This document shows positions 19,124 to 30,414 of a stretch of 64,000 nucleotides of DNA, piece after piece. How positions within the stretch are numbered: position 1 is the first letter of the stretch; each line of letters starts with the position of its first letter. The DNA lies in the NCBI GenBank assembly GCA_945935525.1, contig CAMERI010000006.1, forward strand, positions 4,194 through 68,193, in the 5' to 3' direction. A program made the translations under genes and the position numbers. This DNA comes from an uncultured bacterium (GTDB lineage Bacteria; Bacillota_I; Bacilli_A; RF39; UBA660). The notes beneath the pieces were generated by a model. The model was not told where the DNA came from. It saw nothing but the letters and a program-made list of their open reading frames with translations, and searched no databases.

Positions 19124-19451
19124 ATTCTTCTAAATCACTATTTTTAAATGTACTTTCTGCTTCTACTTTAGTATCTTTCTTAATACACTTTCCAACTACT
19201 TCATTAATATTCATAACTATACCATCTGTACTATCAAGGATCATTTCTTTATTTTCAACCATTTCAATTGTTACCATTGTTCCATCTACAATTATATATT
19301 TAGAAACAGGTACACTAAATTTATGAGTAGTGTCATCTAATTTTTTATTATAATCTCTATATAAGTATCCTATTAATGCACCTAAAAGTACTAATACAAA
19401 TATTATAATAAATATAATAATAAAAGTTTTTCTATTCATTTTCTCTTTCAT
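19101..19451 (-). CDS. membrane-anchored hypothetical protein
   Basis: N-terminal TM 'TFIIIFIIIFVLVLLGALIGYL'. Overlaps the lipoprotein gene. Confidence 0.4.
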   Translation of the reverse strand: MKEKMNRKTFIIIFIIIFVLVLLGALIGYLYRDYNKKLDDTTHKFSVPVSKYIIVDGTMVTIEMVENKEMILDSTDGIVMNINEVVGKCIKKDTKVEAESTFKNSDLEECGVSNEN

Positions 19452-19489
19452 AAGTTAATCATATCACACTTTCTTATATATATTTTTAT

Positions 19490-21346
19490 TTATTCTTTTT
19501 CATTTACAAGTTTTCGTAAAGCATCTAATATAACTACCATAGCCCAAGTATCTTGTTTGCAATAAATTCTTAAGTTCTTTTTTGCTCTTTCTAAATCATC
19601 AGGTGTCATATCATCATATAAAGAATATGTCACTAATGCTTCAGTACCATTCTTAACTTCAAGATTCTTATATGTTAAATCACTAAGTACAGGTAAAGTT
19701 TTTTTAATAGAGTAACTTCCACTTAAGTTTTTATGATAAAAATTTACTAGTTTACATCTCTCTTCATCAAAGCCTAAATCTTCATATAAATTTTGATTAT
19801 TTTTAATAAAATATAATAAGTCAGTAGATTTTTCAACTATTTTAAGTAAATATTCTCTATATTCTGGGAATATGTGTGCTAGTTCTTTTAATCTACTTCT
19901 TTCAAAAGTAACATTTTGAGCAAACATAGTACCTTTACTAGGATCTATTCTTTTAACTATTTCTTTTACCATTTCTAATCTTTCATCATTAAGTGTTTCA
20001 GCTAGAAATACATAGTTATCTTTATCTTTATCACAAATTCCAGGTTTACGTTCTATATGCAAACTAAATTCAAAACATGATTGAGTATATGGTCTTTCAC
20101 CTTTAAATCTAGGCATTGGACATGGAAAACTTTCAAAATCTAAGTGATATATTGGATACTCTAAAGTATCAAACATAGCTTTAATCTTTTCTTTATCTAA
20201 ATATGTTTTATCATTATCATAACAATCTCTCTCAATTAACATATTAGGTTTATTATTGAGCCACTCTATAGGAACATCATCTAACTTATAATATCCATTA
20301 TTTATTAAATCATACTTATTATATTTATCTGGTCCAAGACCTATTCTATCAGTAAAACCAATATAATTAAAACTAGCATTATATTCTGGTAGATTCTTAT
20401 AACAAATACTTCTATATTTACATTCACACTTCTCTTTATATGAACAATGTACTCCTACATTACAAGGACTAGGATCAGGATTATAAATATTATTTTCAAG
20501 AGTTTTAACCATAGACTCTATAATAGGCATATATTCTTTAGTTATCTCATTCATATCAAAGAAACTAACTATATCTTCTCCATTTATTGTTCTATATATT
20601 CGCGTGTCTCCAACCATATACCCATCATATACATAATTATGATTAAGTACTGATAAATAATAATTAACATGTTTTTTAACTTTATGACTCTTTAAATCAT
20701 TCTCAATTATATATCTTTGAACAGCTAAATCAAAAACATAACGTCCCGTGTCACTATATCTATCAAATAACTTTTTATATTTTTCATTAAACTTCTTAAT
20801 TAGTTTATCACTACCACCACTAGGTTTATTAAGCCTATATATTCCATCTTCTAGTATAAACATATCTATTTTATCTTTAGAGTTTTCTCCGTACTTTAAC
20901 CCTTCTATATAGTTTCTACTAGTAGTAGATTTAACTTCTATAATATTTATTTCATCATCATTTTCATTATAAATATCTACATAACATAAATATCTTATAC
21001 CATTATGAACAAAATCAAAAGATTCTTGATTATATGTATTCTCACTATAAACAAATTTACCATTAAATATTCTTTTAGCTTTAAAAGCACTTTCAAGTTC
21101 AACTTCTTTATAATATTTCATCATTGCAGATAATTCTTTATCTTCTTTTTTAGTTAAGTCAGTTTCCCCTTCATCAGTATTTTCAAACATAGAACCTAAT
21201 AGTTCTCTATATTCTTCTTTTTCATTCTCTTTCATATATTCTTCTATAGTCATTTTAGAATCTAACTTATCTTTTCTAATATTTTCAAGAGCACTATATC
21301 TTCTGCATCTAGTATAATCTATAAAATTTGTTTTAGTAATTGCCAT
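19490..21346 (-). CDS. PD-(D/E)xK (RecB/Cas4-like) nuclease-superfamily protein with a Cys cluster (DUF2779-like)
   Basis: 'CYVDIYNENDDEINIIEVKSTT' is a D...E-V-K nuclease core. A Cys-rich segment 'CNVGVHCSYKEKCECKYRSICY' is present. 618 aa. Confidence 0.4.
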   Translation of the reverse strand: MAITKTNFIDYTRCRRYSALENIRKDKLDSKMTIEEYMKENEKEEYRELLGSMFENTDEGETDLTKKEDKELSAMMKYYKEVELESAFKAKRIFNGKFVYSENTYNQESFDFVHNGIRYLCYVDIYNENDDEINIIEVKSTTSRNYIEGLKYGENSKDKIDMFILEDGIYRLNKPSGGSDKLIKKFNEKYKKLFDRYSDTGRYVFDLAVQRYIIENDLKSHKVKKHVNYYLSVLNHNYVYDGYMVGDTRIYRTINGEDIVSFFDMNEITKEYMPIIESMVKTLENNIYNPDPSPCNVGVHCSYKEKCECKYRSICYKNLPEYNASFNYIGFTDRIGLGPDKYNKYDLINNGYYKLDDVPIEWLNNKPNMLIERDCYDNDKTYLDKEKIKAMFDTLEYPIYHLDFESFPCPMPRFKGERPYTQSCFEFSLHIERKPGICDKDKDNYVFLAETLNDERLEMVKEIVKRIDPSKGTMFAQNVTFERSRLKELAHIFPEYREYLLKIVEKSTDLLYFIKNNQNLYEDLGFDEERCKLVNFYHKNLSGSYSIKKTLPVLSDLTYKNLEVKNGTEALVTYSLYDDMTPDDLERAKKNLRIYCKQDTWAMVVILDALRKLVNEKE

Positions 21347-21371
21347 ATTTTCCTCCTAAAAGAAAAAGTGA

Positions 21372-21884
21372 TTACTCACTCTCTTCTATAAAATTTTTAC
21401 TTTTATGTGGTTCATCAAATAATAAACCAGGATATCCTTGTTGTCTTAATGCTTCATATGTCATTATAGCTACCGTATTAGATAAATTAAGTGCTCTAAC
21501 ATTATCAGTCATAGGCATTCTCATACATCTATCTATATATGGTTTTAATATATGAGGTGGTATTCCAGTACTTTCTTTACCAAAGAAGAAATAATAATTT
21601 TTATCTCTATCACTATAATCAAAACTAGTATGTGGTTTATGTCCATATCTAGTTAAGAAATAATATTCTCCTTTATTCTTTTCAAAGAATTCTTCTATAT
21701 TTTCATATACTGTATATATACATTTATCTATATAATTAACACCAGCTCTTCTAATATATTTTTCTTCAAGACTAAATCCTAAAGGTTTTATTAGATGTAA
21801 ATGACTATTAGTAGCCACACATGTTCTCATTATATTACCAGTGTTTTCTGGTATTTCTGGTTCAAATAAAACTATATTTATCAT
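21372..21884 (-). CDS. trmL: tRNA (cytidine/uridine-2'-O-)-methyltransferase TrmL (SpoU/TrmH family)
   Basis: 'FEPEIPENTGNIMRTCVATN' and 'GKESTGIP' are SPOUT motifs. 170 aa. Confidence 0.8.
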   Translation of the reverse strand: MINIVLFEPEIPENTGNIMRTCVATNSHLHLIKPLGFSLEEKYIRRAGVNYIDKCIYTVYENIEEFFEKNKGEYYFLTRYGHKPHTSFDYSDRDKNYYFFFGKESTGIPPHILKPYIDRCMRMPMTDNVRALNLSNTVAIMTYEALRQQGYPGLLFDEPHKSKNFIEESE

Positions 21885-21896
21885 AAAACTCCCCTA

Positions 21897-23123
<1,227 letters not shown>

Positions 23124-23189
23124 AAATACCTCTCCTTACGACTCATATCATAAAGTAATTATAACATAAAAGATATAAGTATACTATAC

Positions 23190-24593
23190 CTATATCTCTT
23201 CTATTTTCATAAAATTAGTTTTTTTATTTTCAGTATCATTTGGAAATCCACCAGTAACTATAATCATATCATTTTCTTCTAATTTCATAAATTCTTTTGA
23301 TTTATTTTTAGCATCTTCTATTATTCTATCAGTTGAATCATATATTTCAGTTACTACCGGATATACTCCACTATTTAGTGCTAAACTATATGCTACTTTT
23401 TCACTTGGTACTGTTGCAAGTATTAAGTTTCTTGGTCTTAAATTGCTGATTAATCTAGCACTATTTCCACTCATAGTAGCAGCAACTATTAACTTAGTAT
23501 CAAGTAAGTTAGCTGCATCAAATACACTATTTGCTATAGCTCCTGCTATATCTTTTTTAATATATTTTGCTGAGTATTTATAATCAAAATGTTTTTCTGC
23601 TTCACTACATATATTAGACATATAATTAACTGTTTCAACTGGATATTTACCAGTAGTAGTTTCTCCACTTAACATAACAGCATCTGTACCATTTATAACA
23701 GCATTAAATATATCAGATACTTCTGCTCTTGTAGGTCTAGCATTATGTTTCATACTTTCAAGCATTTCTGTAGCAACTATACAAAACTTATTTTGACGTC
23801 TACATTCATCAATAATTTCTTTTTGTAAATATGGTATTGCTTCCATAGGCGCTTCTACTCCTAAGTCACCACGAGCAACCATAATACCATCAGATACACT
23901 AACTATTTCACTTAAATTATCTATTCCAGTAGTACTTTCTATCTTACTTATTATTTTGATATCACTATTTTCTTCATCTATTATTTTTTTAGCTTCTAAC
24001 ACATCTTCCTTAGTTGACACAAATGATAACGCTAAAAAGTCTCCTTCATGATTACAAGCATATCTAATATCTTCATCATCTTCTTTTGATATAAATGGTA
24101 TGTCTAAATGTACTCCAGGAACACTAAGACTTTTCTTATTTCCAAGTACTCCTCCATTAATTATTTTACAAGTAACACCATCATCCTCCTTAGATATTAC
24201 TTCTATCTTCATAAGACCATTTTCAAGTAAAACTGTATCTCCTACTTTTAAAGAATCTATTGCCTTAGGATGATTCACAGAAAATCTCTCTTCAGTACCT
24301 AAAACATCTTCTTTAACCATTCTAATAGTCTTACCTTCAACTAATTCTATAGAATCATTTTCTAAATATCCATTTCTAAATTCAGGGCCCTTAGTATCAT
24401 ATAAAATACCTATATAAAGTCCAGTATTCTTTCTTACTTCATTTACTACTCTAACAACATTTTCTCTTTCTTCCATAGTAGCATGAGAAAAATTAATACG
24501 AGCAGTGTTCATTCCATTTAATACCATTTTAGTCATAGTTTCAGTATTACAACTAGCAGGTCCTATACTACATATTATCTTTGTCTTTTTCAT
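23190..24593 (-). CDS. pyk: pyruvate kinase
   Basis: 'MKKTKIICSIGPAS...ARINFSHA'. Start taken at the internal Met, which has the SD AAAGGGGA (the track ORF extends to 24647). Confidence 0.9.
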   Translation of the reverse strand: MKKTKIICSIGPASCNTETMTKMVLNGMNTARINFSHATMEERENVVRVVNEVRKNTGLYIGILYDTKGPEFRNGYLENDSIELVEGKTIRMVKEDVLGTEERFSVNHPKAIDSLKVGDTVLLENGLMKIEVISKEDDGVTCKIINGGVLGNKKSLSVPGVHLDIPFISKEDDEDIRYACNHEGDFLALSFVSTKEDVLEAKKIIDEENSDIKIISKIESTTGIDNLSEIVSVSDGIMVARGDLGVEAPMEAIPYLQKEIIDECRRQNKFCIVATEMLESMKHNARPTRAEVSDIFNAVINGTDAVMLSGETTTGKYPVETVNYMSNICSEAEKHFDYKYSAKYIKKDIAGAIANSVFDAANLLDTKLIVAATMSGNSARLISNLRPRNLILATVPSEKVAYSLALNSGVYPVVTEIYDSTDRIIEDAKNKSKEFMKLEENDMIIVTGGFPNDTENKKTNFMKIEEI

Positions 24594-24668
24594 ATATTCA
24601 TCCCCTTTTGTCACACATAAAAAATAAGTGCTTAGATAATATATCATAACACTTATTATTTGTAAAGA

Positions 24669-25049
24669 TTATATTTCATAATTCCATAAACCAAGTTTAC
24701 CTTTACAAGGTATTGGTTCTTCATATTTAATTATGTTTTCTAGTTTCCAAGCATATGTTTGAGCGTGATTACTTCTTCCATATATTATTGGGTCTATCTT
24801 TCTTAGTTCTTTATTAAATCCTTCATCAACAAGTATACAATCAGTAAGAGTAGCTTCTCCTATAATATATCCAGGTTTAATAGAAATATCATAATCTTTA
24901 AATCTTTCCATCATATCTTTTTCAACACTACATCCTGCATGTATAAGTATTTTACCTCTATATTTAGTTTTCCAACTACGAAATTCATATTTTTTATATT
25001 CTTCTATTATTAATGAAGCCCAAGGCTCTTTTATAGTTAACGTTTTCAT
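24669..25049 (-). CDS. ASCH-domain protein
   Basis: 'MKTLTIKEPWASLIIEEYKKYEFRSW' fits the ASC-1 homology fold pattern. Confidence 0.55.
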   Translation of the reverse strand: MKTLTIKEPWASLIIEEYKKYEFRSWKTKYRGKILIHAGCSVEKDMMERFKDYDISIKPGYIIGEATLTDCILVDEGFNKELRKIDPIIYGRSNHAQTYAWKLENIIKYEEPIPCKGKLGLWNYEI

Positions 25050-25056
25050 AATTACC

Positions 25057-25914
25057 TCACATCTTTATAATAACAACACCTAATATAATAAGTATAGATG
25101 CTATAACTTTCTGTAAAAATTTACTCTTATTATTACATATAAAGTATTCATACATAGTATTAAGTATTGATGTTAATGTAAGAAGTGGTGCAATTAAAGT
25201 AACATTTCCAAGTTGATATGAACGAACTGATGCAATCAACATCAAACACCAACAAAATGATGCTAATAAGAAATATTTTTTATCATAATAATTAAACTCA
25301 CATTTTAATTCTTTTAAACTATGTTTACCAAATATAAATATTAAAATTGATGGTGTAAAAACAGTAAGAATTGTATAAAAAGCTAAATTAAAATAATTAG
25401 AAATATTAACATTTATAAGCATTGCAACAGCAAATAAGAAATTAGATACAAAACTCATAATAAAGTATTTATTAAATTTTATTTTACCTTTATTAAAAGC
25501 AAGTAACACATTAGCAAATATTATTATAACAGAACCAATAATTTTTTTTAGTACAATTTGCTCTTTTAAAAATATAAATCCAAGTATTATTAAGAACACA
25601 GTAGATAATTGTTTTAGCATACTAAACACAGAAGGATCAAGCCCATATCTTGCTTCTATATTAAGTCTATCAGTAATAGCATATATACTCACAACTGCAA
25701 GTAATATTAAATATACATTTGTATCTGTAGGCCAAGTAAAATCAAAAAATGGTATAAAAAATAATGCAAAAAATGCAGTAAACACTTCAAGTAATATTGT
25801 TAATGCTCCAGCACTTTTCATATTACGATTTGCTTTTTTAAATGCTTGAGCAAACACAACCGCAGAGACTAAATATAACATTACCCAAAATTTCCAACTA
25901 TTTAAAATTTCCAT
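25057..25914 (-). CDS. DMT/EamA-like multi-TM membrane transporter (about 10 TM)
   Basis: Two internally repeated 5-TM halves with no soluble domains. Confidence 0.4.
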   Translation of the reverse strand: MEILNSWKFWVMLYLVSAVVFAQAFKKANRNMKSAGALTILLEVFTAFFALFFIPFFDFTWPTDTNVYLILLAVVSIYAITDRLNIEARYGLDPSVFSMLKQLSTVFLIILGFIFLKEQIVLKKIIGSVIIIFANVLLAFNKGKIKFNKYFIMSFVSNFLFAVAMLINVNISNYFNLAFYTILTVFTPSILIFIFGKHSLKELKCEFNYYDKKYFLLASFCWCLMLIASVRSYQLGNVTLIAPLLTLTSILNTMYEYFICNNKSKFLQKVIASILIILGVVIIKM

Positions 25915-25915
25915 A

Positions 25916-26266
25916 TTACTTAATTAACTCCATCTCTATACCAACTACGCCATATTTAGATTGTTCTTCACTACTATAGTATTGTTCCATATCCTTAGGA
26001 TCTGCCTTTTCATCTTCTTTGTATCCCATTGATACTTTATCGAAATGGTTATAAAGCTCTTCGAAACTAGGATATTTATGTAACCCTAGTACTTTAACCT
26101 GAATCTTTTCTCCATCACTTCTATTTTCAAAAGTAATTTTATCTCCTACATTAATCAATTGTCTTTTTTCATCATTAAGTCTTAACTCTATTGTTTTACT
26201 TCCACTTTTTATCAATTCAAATGGTTCTTTGTGTAATCTCATCATATGTTCCATACTTATCACCAT
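25916..26266 (-). CDS. ASCH-domain protein
   Basis: 'EPFELIKSGSKTIELRLNDEKR...VGD' is the ASCH signature. Confidence 0.5.
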   Translation of the reverse strand: MVISMEHMMRLHKEPFELIKSGSKTIELRLNDEKRQLINVGDKITFENRSDGEKIQVKVLGLHKYPSFEELYNHFDKVSMGYKEDEKADPKDMEQYYSSEEQSKYGVVGIEMELIK

Positions 26267-26304
26267 AAAAATTATATCAAAACAAAAGTACTATTTCTAG
26301 TACT

Positions 26305-28155
26305 TTACTTATTTACTCTTAATATTCTAAGTGCATTTAATATTGCTATTACTGAAACACCTACATCAGCAAATACTGCAGACCACATAGTAGCAATACC
26401 TAAAGCAGATAATACAAGTACAGCAATCTTAACTGTTATTGCAAATATAATATTTTCTTTTACTATTCTCATCGTTTTACGTGATATAGAAATAGCCTTG
26501 CTAATCTTAGAAATTTCATCAGTCATAATAACCACATCAGCAGCTTCAATCGCAGCATCACTTCCAAGACCACCCATCGCAACACCTATATCAGAAAGTG
26601 CAAGTACAGGAGCATCATTTATTCCATCCCCCACAAATAAAAGTTTTCCTTCTTTTGATTTTTCCAACATAAGTTTTTCAACACATTTAACTTTATCTTG
26701 AGGAAGCAATTCACTATGATATTCATCTAATTTTAACTCTTCACTAACAACTTTACTTATATCTTTTTTGTCTCCAGTGAGCATAACTAACTTTTTTACA
26801 TTATTTGCTTTTAAACCTTTAACTGCTTCATAAGAATCATCCTTTATCTTATCAGATATAACAATATAACCAAAATATTTATTATCAACTATAACGTATA
26901 CGATAGTACCTATGTCATCACATTTATCATACTTGATATTCATATCTTTCATTAGTTTATCATTGCCAACTAATACTTTTTTACCATCTACTTTAGCTTC
27001 TACACCTTTACCAGATATTTCTTTAGTATCAGTTACTTTCTTACTATCAATTTTCTTATGATATGCTTCTTTTAATGACATAGCTATTGGATGATTAGAA
27101 AAACTCTCAGCATAAGCAGCATACTTAAGTAATTCTTCATCACTCATAGATATAGCATTTATCTTTTGTACTTTAAATACTCCTTCTGTTAAAGTACCAG
27201 TTTTATCACAAACTACTATTTCTATATTAGATAGTGCTTCTAAATAGTTGCTTCCTTTTACTAATACTCCTACACTAGAAGAAGCACCTATACCACCAAA
27301 GAAACTAAGTGGAATTGATACAACTAATGCACAAGGACAAGACACTACTAAGAATGATAATGCTCTATATATCCAAGTATTAAATTCTTGATTTAAAATT
27401 ATTGGTGGAAGCACTGCAAGTACTAAAGCTATACCACATACTATAGGAGTATAATATTTAGCAAACTTAGTAATAAATGCCTCTGAATTAGATTTTCTAC
27501 TACTAGCATTCTCTACTAAATCAAGTATCTTACTAACAGTAGATTCACCAAACTTCTTAGTAACTTTTACTTTTAAAACGCTTTCATTATTAATGCATCC
27601 ACTTAATACTTCATCCCCTTTTTCTACTCTTCTAGGAACACTTTCACCAGTAAGAGCAAGCGTATTAAGCATAGAACTTCCTTCAACTATAACACCATCT
27701 AAAGGAATTTTTTCACCAGGTTTAATGAGTATTATTTCTTCTATATTAACTTCATTTGGATCAACCTTAATATGTTTATCATTTCTAATTACATTAGCAT
27801 AATCAGGTCTAATATCCATTAAACTAGCAACTGATTTTCTACTCTTATTAACAGCATAACTTTGAAATAATTCTCCCACTTGATAAAAAAGCATAACACT
27901 TACTGCTTCGGGTATATTTCCAATACATAAAGCACCTATAGTAGCAACAGACATCAAAAAGTTTTCATCAAATACTTTTCCTCTTTTAATATTTTTAAAT
28001 GCCTTTAATAAAATATCATAACCAATTATAAAATAAGCTATTATAAATATAATACTATTTATATACTTAACGTTTATATCTACTAATATAGAAAATAATA
28101 AAAGTATCCCAGATATTATAATTCTATATAGTTGTTTTTTCATCTTCTTATTCAT
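26305..28155 (-). CDS. cadA: P1B-type heavy-metal (Cd/Zn/Co/Pb) translocating ATPase lacking a fused HMA domain
   Basis: TM6 'CPC' ('VVSCPCALVV'), 'DKTGTLT' and 'GDGINDAP'. 616 aa. Confidence 0.85.
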   Translation of the reverse strand: MNKKMKKQLYRIIISGILLLFSILVDINVKYINSIIFIIAYFIIGYDILLKAFKNIKRGKVFDENFLMSVATIGALCIGNIPEAVSVMLFYQVGELFQSYAVNKSRKSVASLMDIRPDYANVIRNDKHIKVDPNEVNIEEIILIKPGEKIPLDGVIVEGSSMLNTLALTGESVPRRVEKGDEVLSGCINNESVLKVKVTKKFGESTVSKILDLVENASSRKSNSEAFITKFAKYYTPIVCGIALVLAVLPPIILNQEFNTWIYRALSFLVVSCPCALVVSIPLSFFGGIGASSSVGVLVKGSNYLEALSNIEIVVCDKTGTLTEGVFKVQKINAISMSDEELLKYAAYAESFSNHPIAMSLKEAYHKKIDSKKVTDTKEISGKGVEAKVDGKKVLVGNDKLMKDMNIKYDKCDDIGTIVYVIVDNKYFGYIVISDKIKDDSYEAVKGLKANNVKKLVMLTGDKKDISKVVSEELKLDEYHSELLPQDKVKCVEKLMLEKSKEGKLLFVGDGINDAPVLALSDIGVAMGGLGSDAAIEAADVVIMTDEISKISKAISISRKTMRIVKENIIFAITVKIAVLVLSALGIATMWSAVFADVGVSVIAILNALRILRVNK

Positions 28156-28379
28156 TATAATTCCTCAATAGTTACATCTGGTTCTTCTCTTTTTATAATC
28201 TTTTTAACTAATTTAATTGCTTGATCTATATTTTCACTTTCACAATCAAAGGATAACTTCTCAGTCATAAAACTAATACTAACATTACTAATAATATCTA
28301 TTTCACTAAGAGCACTTTCTAATTCATTAGCGCAATTAGCACAATCTAATCCTTCAATCTTAAACTTATAATTTCTCAT
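28155..28379 (-). CDS. heavy-metal-associated (HMA) domain protein, separate from the ATPase
   Basis: 'GLDCANCA' is the MxCxxC-type metal-binding motif. Its stop overlaps the ATPase start in TAATG. Confidence 0.7.
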   Translation of the reverse strand: MRNYKFKIEGLDCANCANELESALSEIDIISNVSISFMTEKLSFDCESENIDQAIKLVKKIIKREEPDVTIEEL

Positions 28380-28393
28380 TTATACCCTTCTTT

Positions 28394-28756
28394 CTAACTT
28401 CTATGTTTTATATGTTCAAGTCCAATTTCAAATAATTTAACTATATGATCATCATCTAAAGTATAATATACTTCTTTACCACTTTTTCTACATCTTACTA
28501 TTCCACTTCTTCTAAGAGTTGCTAGCTGATGAGATACAGCTGATTTTGTCATACTAAGTACATTAGCTATATCACAAACACACATTTCTCTTTCATCAAG
28601 TGCAAATAGTATTCTACATCTTGTAGTATCTCCAATTAATTTAAATAAGTCAGCAAGATTATTAAATGTATTCTCTTCTGGCATATCTTTATTAACTTCA
28701 TCTACTGCCTCTTGATGTATTATATTACAATCACATATAAATTCATTCTTAGACAT
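28394..28756 (-). CDS. cadC: ArsR/SmtB-family metalloregulator (CadC-like)
   Basis: 'TRCRILFALDEREMCVCDIANVLSMTKSAVSHQLATL' is an ArsR HTH with a metal-site Cys pair. N-terminal 'CDCN'. Start taken at 'MSKNEF', which has a GGAG SD (the track ORF extends to 28786). Confidence 0.75.
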   Translation of the reverse strand: MSKNEFICDCNIIHQEAVDEVNKDMPEENTFNNLADLFKLIGDTTRCRILFALDEREMCVCDIANVLSMTKSAVSHQLATLRRSGIVRCRKSGKEVYYTLDDDHIVKLFEIGLEHIKHRS

Positions 28757-28781
28757 ACATACTCCTTTAGTTGAATATTCT

Positions 28782-28806
28782 TTCAACTATTAACATTATA
28801 GTTGAA
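28782..28806. promoter_or_regulatory. candidate CadC operator (9-7-9 inverted repeat TTCAACTAT-N7-ATAGTTGAA)
   Basis: A perfect 9-bp inverted repeat 26-50 nt upstream of the cadC start. A further AGTTGAA/TTCAACT repeat overlaps it. Confidence 0.45.
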
Positions 28807-28859
28807 TACTCATTCATTTGTCAATACATAAAAATTATATTTACAAAAAAAGAAGTTTA

Positions 28860-29519
28860 TTACTTCTTCTTAACAACCTCATTAGTAGTTTTTACTATAG
28901 AATTACTTGGTATAACACCTCTTACCATAGTAAGTGGATAAATACTTGTATTTCCTCCTATTATAGTGCCAGGACACACTACACTATTGCATCCTATTTC
29001 TACGTTAGCTCCTACTATAGCTCCCATCTTTCTTAAATTAGTTTCTATGGATTCTACTCTTACATTCTTTTTATCACTTCTTACATTAGAAAGTATTACA
29101 CCTGCTCCAGTATGAGCATTCTCACCTACAACTGAATCTCCTACATAATTAAAGTGAGGACAATTTACTCCATCAAAAAGTATAGAATTCTTAACTTCAG
29201 TAGAGTTTCCTATAACACAATTCTTACCAATTATCACAGAACCTCTTATATAAGCATTATGTCTTATCTCGGTTCCTTCACATATTATAGTTGGTCCTTC
29301 TATATAAGCGCTAGGATTTATCTTAACACTTTTATGAACATACACGTCCTCTTTTAATTTATTATAATTTTCTCCTAAAGAAGGTATTATTTCAAGAATA
29401 TAATCTTTAATTAATGGTAATACTTCCCAAGAATTATCTACTTTTTCAAATAAATCTTTAGCTATTGTTTTTTCTAAATCAAATAATTCATCATATTTTC
29501 TAATCATACTATTCACCAT
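28860..29519 (-). CDS. left-handed beta-helix (hexapeptide-repeat) transferase-family protein
   Basis: Tandem hexapeptide repeats 'IRGSVIIGKNCVIGNSTEV...' after an N-terminal helical region of about 60 aa. Confidence 0.5.
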   Translation of the reverse strand: MVNSMIRKYDELFDLEKTIAKDLFEKVDNSWEVLPLIKDYILEIIPSLGENYNKLKEDVYVHKSVKINPSAYIEGPTIICEGTEIRHNAYIRGSVIIGKNCVIGNSTEVKNSILFDGVNCPHFNYVGDSVVGENAHTGAGVILSNVRSDKKNVRVESIETNLRKMGAIVGANVEIGCNSVVCPGTIIGGNTSIYPLTMVRGVIPSNSIVKTTNEVVKKK

Positions 29520-29556
29520 AATTATTTTATCATTATTTAAAATATTATACTATTAT

Positions 29557-30414
29557 TTATTCTTTAGTTTCTATCATAAAACTATCATCAGTATATTTGT
29601 ATGGTAATTCATTTTCTTTACTAATTATACTTATCCCTAAATTCTTTTCTAATTCATCTCTTGCAACTTTTGCTGTTCGTCCACCTATTTTAGCAATTTC
29701 TTTATTTTGTTCTAAACCAACAGGTTTACGTACTTTAACAAGTTCCCTAGTTGCTATTTCACCTAAATCAGCAAATGCAACTTCAATATCAGTCATATTA
29801 TCTCTTAATGATTCTTTTCTAAGTCCTTTAAAATCCTTATATTCACCTGCTGTCATTCCTGACCATTCTTTATAAATATCATTTGTTAATATAGCAAATT
29901 CAACCTCACTTGTAACTCCCACTTCTTTCCATACATCAGTTAATTTCTTCCTATCTTGTATTCCTTTAATTCTTTTAATAATCCATTCTTCATCATATCC
30001 TTTAGCTCGATATGTATCTATTGCTCTTTGTACTGCTATTGATGGGTCAAATACCTCATCTATTCTTTCTTTACCTAGTCTTGCTAGCCATAATTTAATA
30101 GGTTCTGCATTCTTACTTGGAATTGACTCAATTATTCTAAACATTCCTTCTATATCAACAACATCAGTTAAACGATATTTGCCATCTTGAGCCTTTAATT
30201 TCAAACCGTGACAATTTGTCACGGTTTCATTTCCTTCTTTTTTTAATCTTTGTTTTAGTTTTCTCCAATAAAGTTGCTTGTTTTTGCTTTCAGATAGAAT
30301 ACCAACTATATCAACAACACTAATATAGTATTTTTGTTCCTCCTTATTCCATACAGTTCTTATTGTTTCACTATTAAACATTTTGCTTATTAAGTGCATT
30401 TGATTCTCTTTCAT
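29557..30414 (-). CDS. DinD-like (DNA-damage-inducible protein D) / Bro-N-domain protein
   Basis: The N-terminal 'TIRTVWNKEEQKYYISVVDIVGIL' pattern is Bro-N-like. The C-terminal region resembles E. coli DinD. Weak, from memory. Confidence 0.45.
   Translation of the reverse strand: MKENQMHLISKMFNSETIRTVWNKEEQKYYISVVDIVGILSESKNKQLYWRKLKQRLKKEGNETVTNCHGLKLKAQDGKYRLTDVVDIEGMFRIIESIPSKNAEPIKLWLARLGKERIDEVFDPSIAVQRAIDTYRAKGYDEEWIIKRIKGIQDRKKLTDVWKEVGVTSEVEFAILTNDIYKEWSGMTAGEYKDFKGLRKESLRDNMTDIEVAFADLGEIATRELVKVRKPVGLEQNKEIAKIGGRTAKVARDELEKNLGISIISKENELPYKYTDDSFMIETKE
30203..30227. repeat. perfect 25-nt palindrome AAACCGTGACAA-T-TTGTCACGGTTT inside the DinD-like CDS
   Basis: Read directly from the sequence. 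It encodes 'TVTNCHG'. A related imperfect copy is at 30485-30509. Confidence 0.7.
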
